Below are positions 63,158 to 64,000 of a stretch of DNA of 64,000 nucleotides, piece after piece. Origin of the DNA: Candidatus Staskawiczbacteria bacterium (GTDB taxonomy: Bacteria; Patescibacteriota; Minisyncoccia; Minisyncoccales; Staskawiczbacteraceae); the NCBI GenBank assembly GCA_903831095.1, contig CAIKWD010000011.1, forward strand, positions 5,706-69,705. The letters run 5' to 3'. The notes beneath the pieces are model-generated. The model was not told the DNA's origin, made no database searches, and worked only from the letters and a program-made list of their open reading frames with translations. A program made the position numbers and the translations under genes. Each line of letters begins with the position of its first letter. The stretch's first letter is position 1.

Positions 63158-63415
63158 TTAGAAGCCGATTCCGGAGGCCATCATCATTTTGGCCAGCTTT
63201 TTCTGAATGCTTTCTCTGGCTTCATTGAGACATCTCTTTAAAACTTCCTGTTGCTGTTCTGTACTAAGCTGCGGATTCAATTTTATATTCTCAACTTCAA
63301 AATTTCCATTTATTTCAACAGAAACCCCATCTCTCTCAACTATTTCCTTTTCTTTTTTGAAGCTATCTTGAAGTTTTTTCAACTCCGCCATCTTTTTTAA
63401 ATTATCGAATATCAT
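63158..63415 (-). CDS. YbaB/EbfC-family nucleoid-associated protein (short)
   Basis: 85 aa. N-terminal helix MAELKKLQDSFKKEKE, then a beta segment VSVEINGNFEVENIKLNP and a C-terminal helix. Its size and its position next to gyrB fit the family. Confidence 0.6.
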   Translation of the reverse strand: MIFDNLKKMAELKKLQDSFKKEKEIVERDGVSVEINGNFEVENIKLNPQLSTEQQQEVLKRCLNEARESIQKKLAKMMMASGIGF

Positions 63416-63430
63416 ATATAAATTATTTAA

Positions 63431-64000
63431 TTAAATATCAATGTTTTTAGCGGCTTTGGCGTGGGTCTGGATGAATTTCTTTCTTGGTTCAACTTCGTCA
63501 CCCATAAGAATTTCCAAAGTTTTGTCAGCTAAATGCGCATCTTCAGCTGAAACCTGTAGCAAAGTCCTATTTTGTGGATTCATAGTTGTTTCCCAAAGCT
63601 GTTCTGGATTCATTTCTCCCAAACCTTTATACCTTTGAATTATTGGATTGGTTTTTCCAATTTCCTTTAAAATTTTATCTCTTTGATCATCAGAATATGC
63701 ATACTGATTATTTTTCCCATAAGAAATTTTATACAAAGGTGGTTGTGCAATATAAATATGACCTGCTTCTACAATTGGCTTAAAATGCCTATAGAAAAAT
63801 GTTAAAAGCAAAGTCCTAATATGAGCTCCATCAACGTCAGCATCGGTCATAATTACAATTCTGTGATATCTCAATTTCTCAATGTCAAAATCTTCTCCTA
63901 TGCCAGTACCCATGGCAATAATAAGAGCCTTAATTTCTTTTGAGGCCAACATTTTATCTAACCTGGCTCTTTCAACATTTAAAATCTTCCCGCGCAAAGG
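63431..64000 (-). CDS. gyrB: DNA gyrase subunit B, C-terminal part (gene continues beyond window end)
   Basis: [49 protein letters not shown], and the tail [25 protein letters not shown]. Confidence 0.9.
   Translation of the reverse strand, partial: PLRGKILNVERARLDKMLASKEIKALIIAMGTGIGEDFDIEKLRYHRIVIMTDADVDGAHIRTLLLTFFYRHFKPIVEAGHIYIAQPPLYKISYGKNNQYAYSDDQRDKILKEIGKTNPIIQRYKGLGEMNPEQLWETTMNPQNRTLLQVSAEDAHLADKTLEILMGDEVEPRKKFIQTHAKAAKNIDI

Noticed and set aside
1-64000. An alternative genetic code (UGA recoding, as in some CPR lineages)
   Set aside because: Very long uninterrupted ORFs and conserved proteins end at appropriate positions with the standard code, including at TGA stops (e.g. the ATGA overlaps). 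There is no need for recoding.

Overview
AT-rich, very gene-dense window. Nearly all genes are on the minus strand, except a plus-strand block at 44.4-55.2 kb (dnaE, thrS, a membrane protein, miaB, miaA). The content fits an ultra-small Patescibacteria/CPR-like bacterium using the standard genetic code (inference): split coaC/coaB, ribosomal proteins with tails, type IV pilus genes without a secretin, giant secreted repeat proteins, and salvage-type nucleotide genes. Blocks: (1) 1-16.8 kb is one long co-directional cluster: coaC, a transglutaminase-like gene, coaB, a 7TM histidine kinase, a CheY-like regulator, pilB, pilC, a 1102-aa modular prepilin, a 209-aa prepilin, a PilX-like protein, pilM/N/O and a secreted Ig-like repeat protein that runs off the window. 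(2) 16.9-22.1 kb holds an acyl-CoA synthetase, an esterase, a second CheY-like regulator, a frameshifted MBL hydrolase, an Asp/Glu racemase and a D-Ala-D-Ala dipeptidase. (3) 22.3-27 kb holds translation/RNA genes: rpmG (hand-found, below the ORF-track cutoff), tRNA-Thr, tRNA-Tyr, trmD, a KH protein, rpsP, rnc, nusB, rpmF. (4) 27-43.7 kb holds four consecutive secreted proteins, including giants of 2864, 1447 and 1039 aa. (5) rnhB, dnaE, thrS, glmS, miaB, miaA, gatB. (6) 56.7-61 kb is an eight-gene pyrimidine deoxynucleotide cluster. (7) rplK, nusG, secE, ybaB and the 3' end of gyrB. The most unusual signal is a set of short GC-rich palindromic elements scattered through this AT-rich DNA. Several sit in frame inside housekeeping genes (miaB, glmS, rpsP, rnhB). 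No rRNA, CRISPR array, transposase or integrase was seen. All family assignments come from motif recognition by eye and need HMM/BLAST confirmation.
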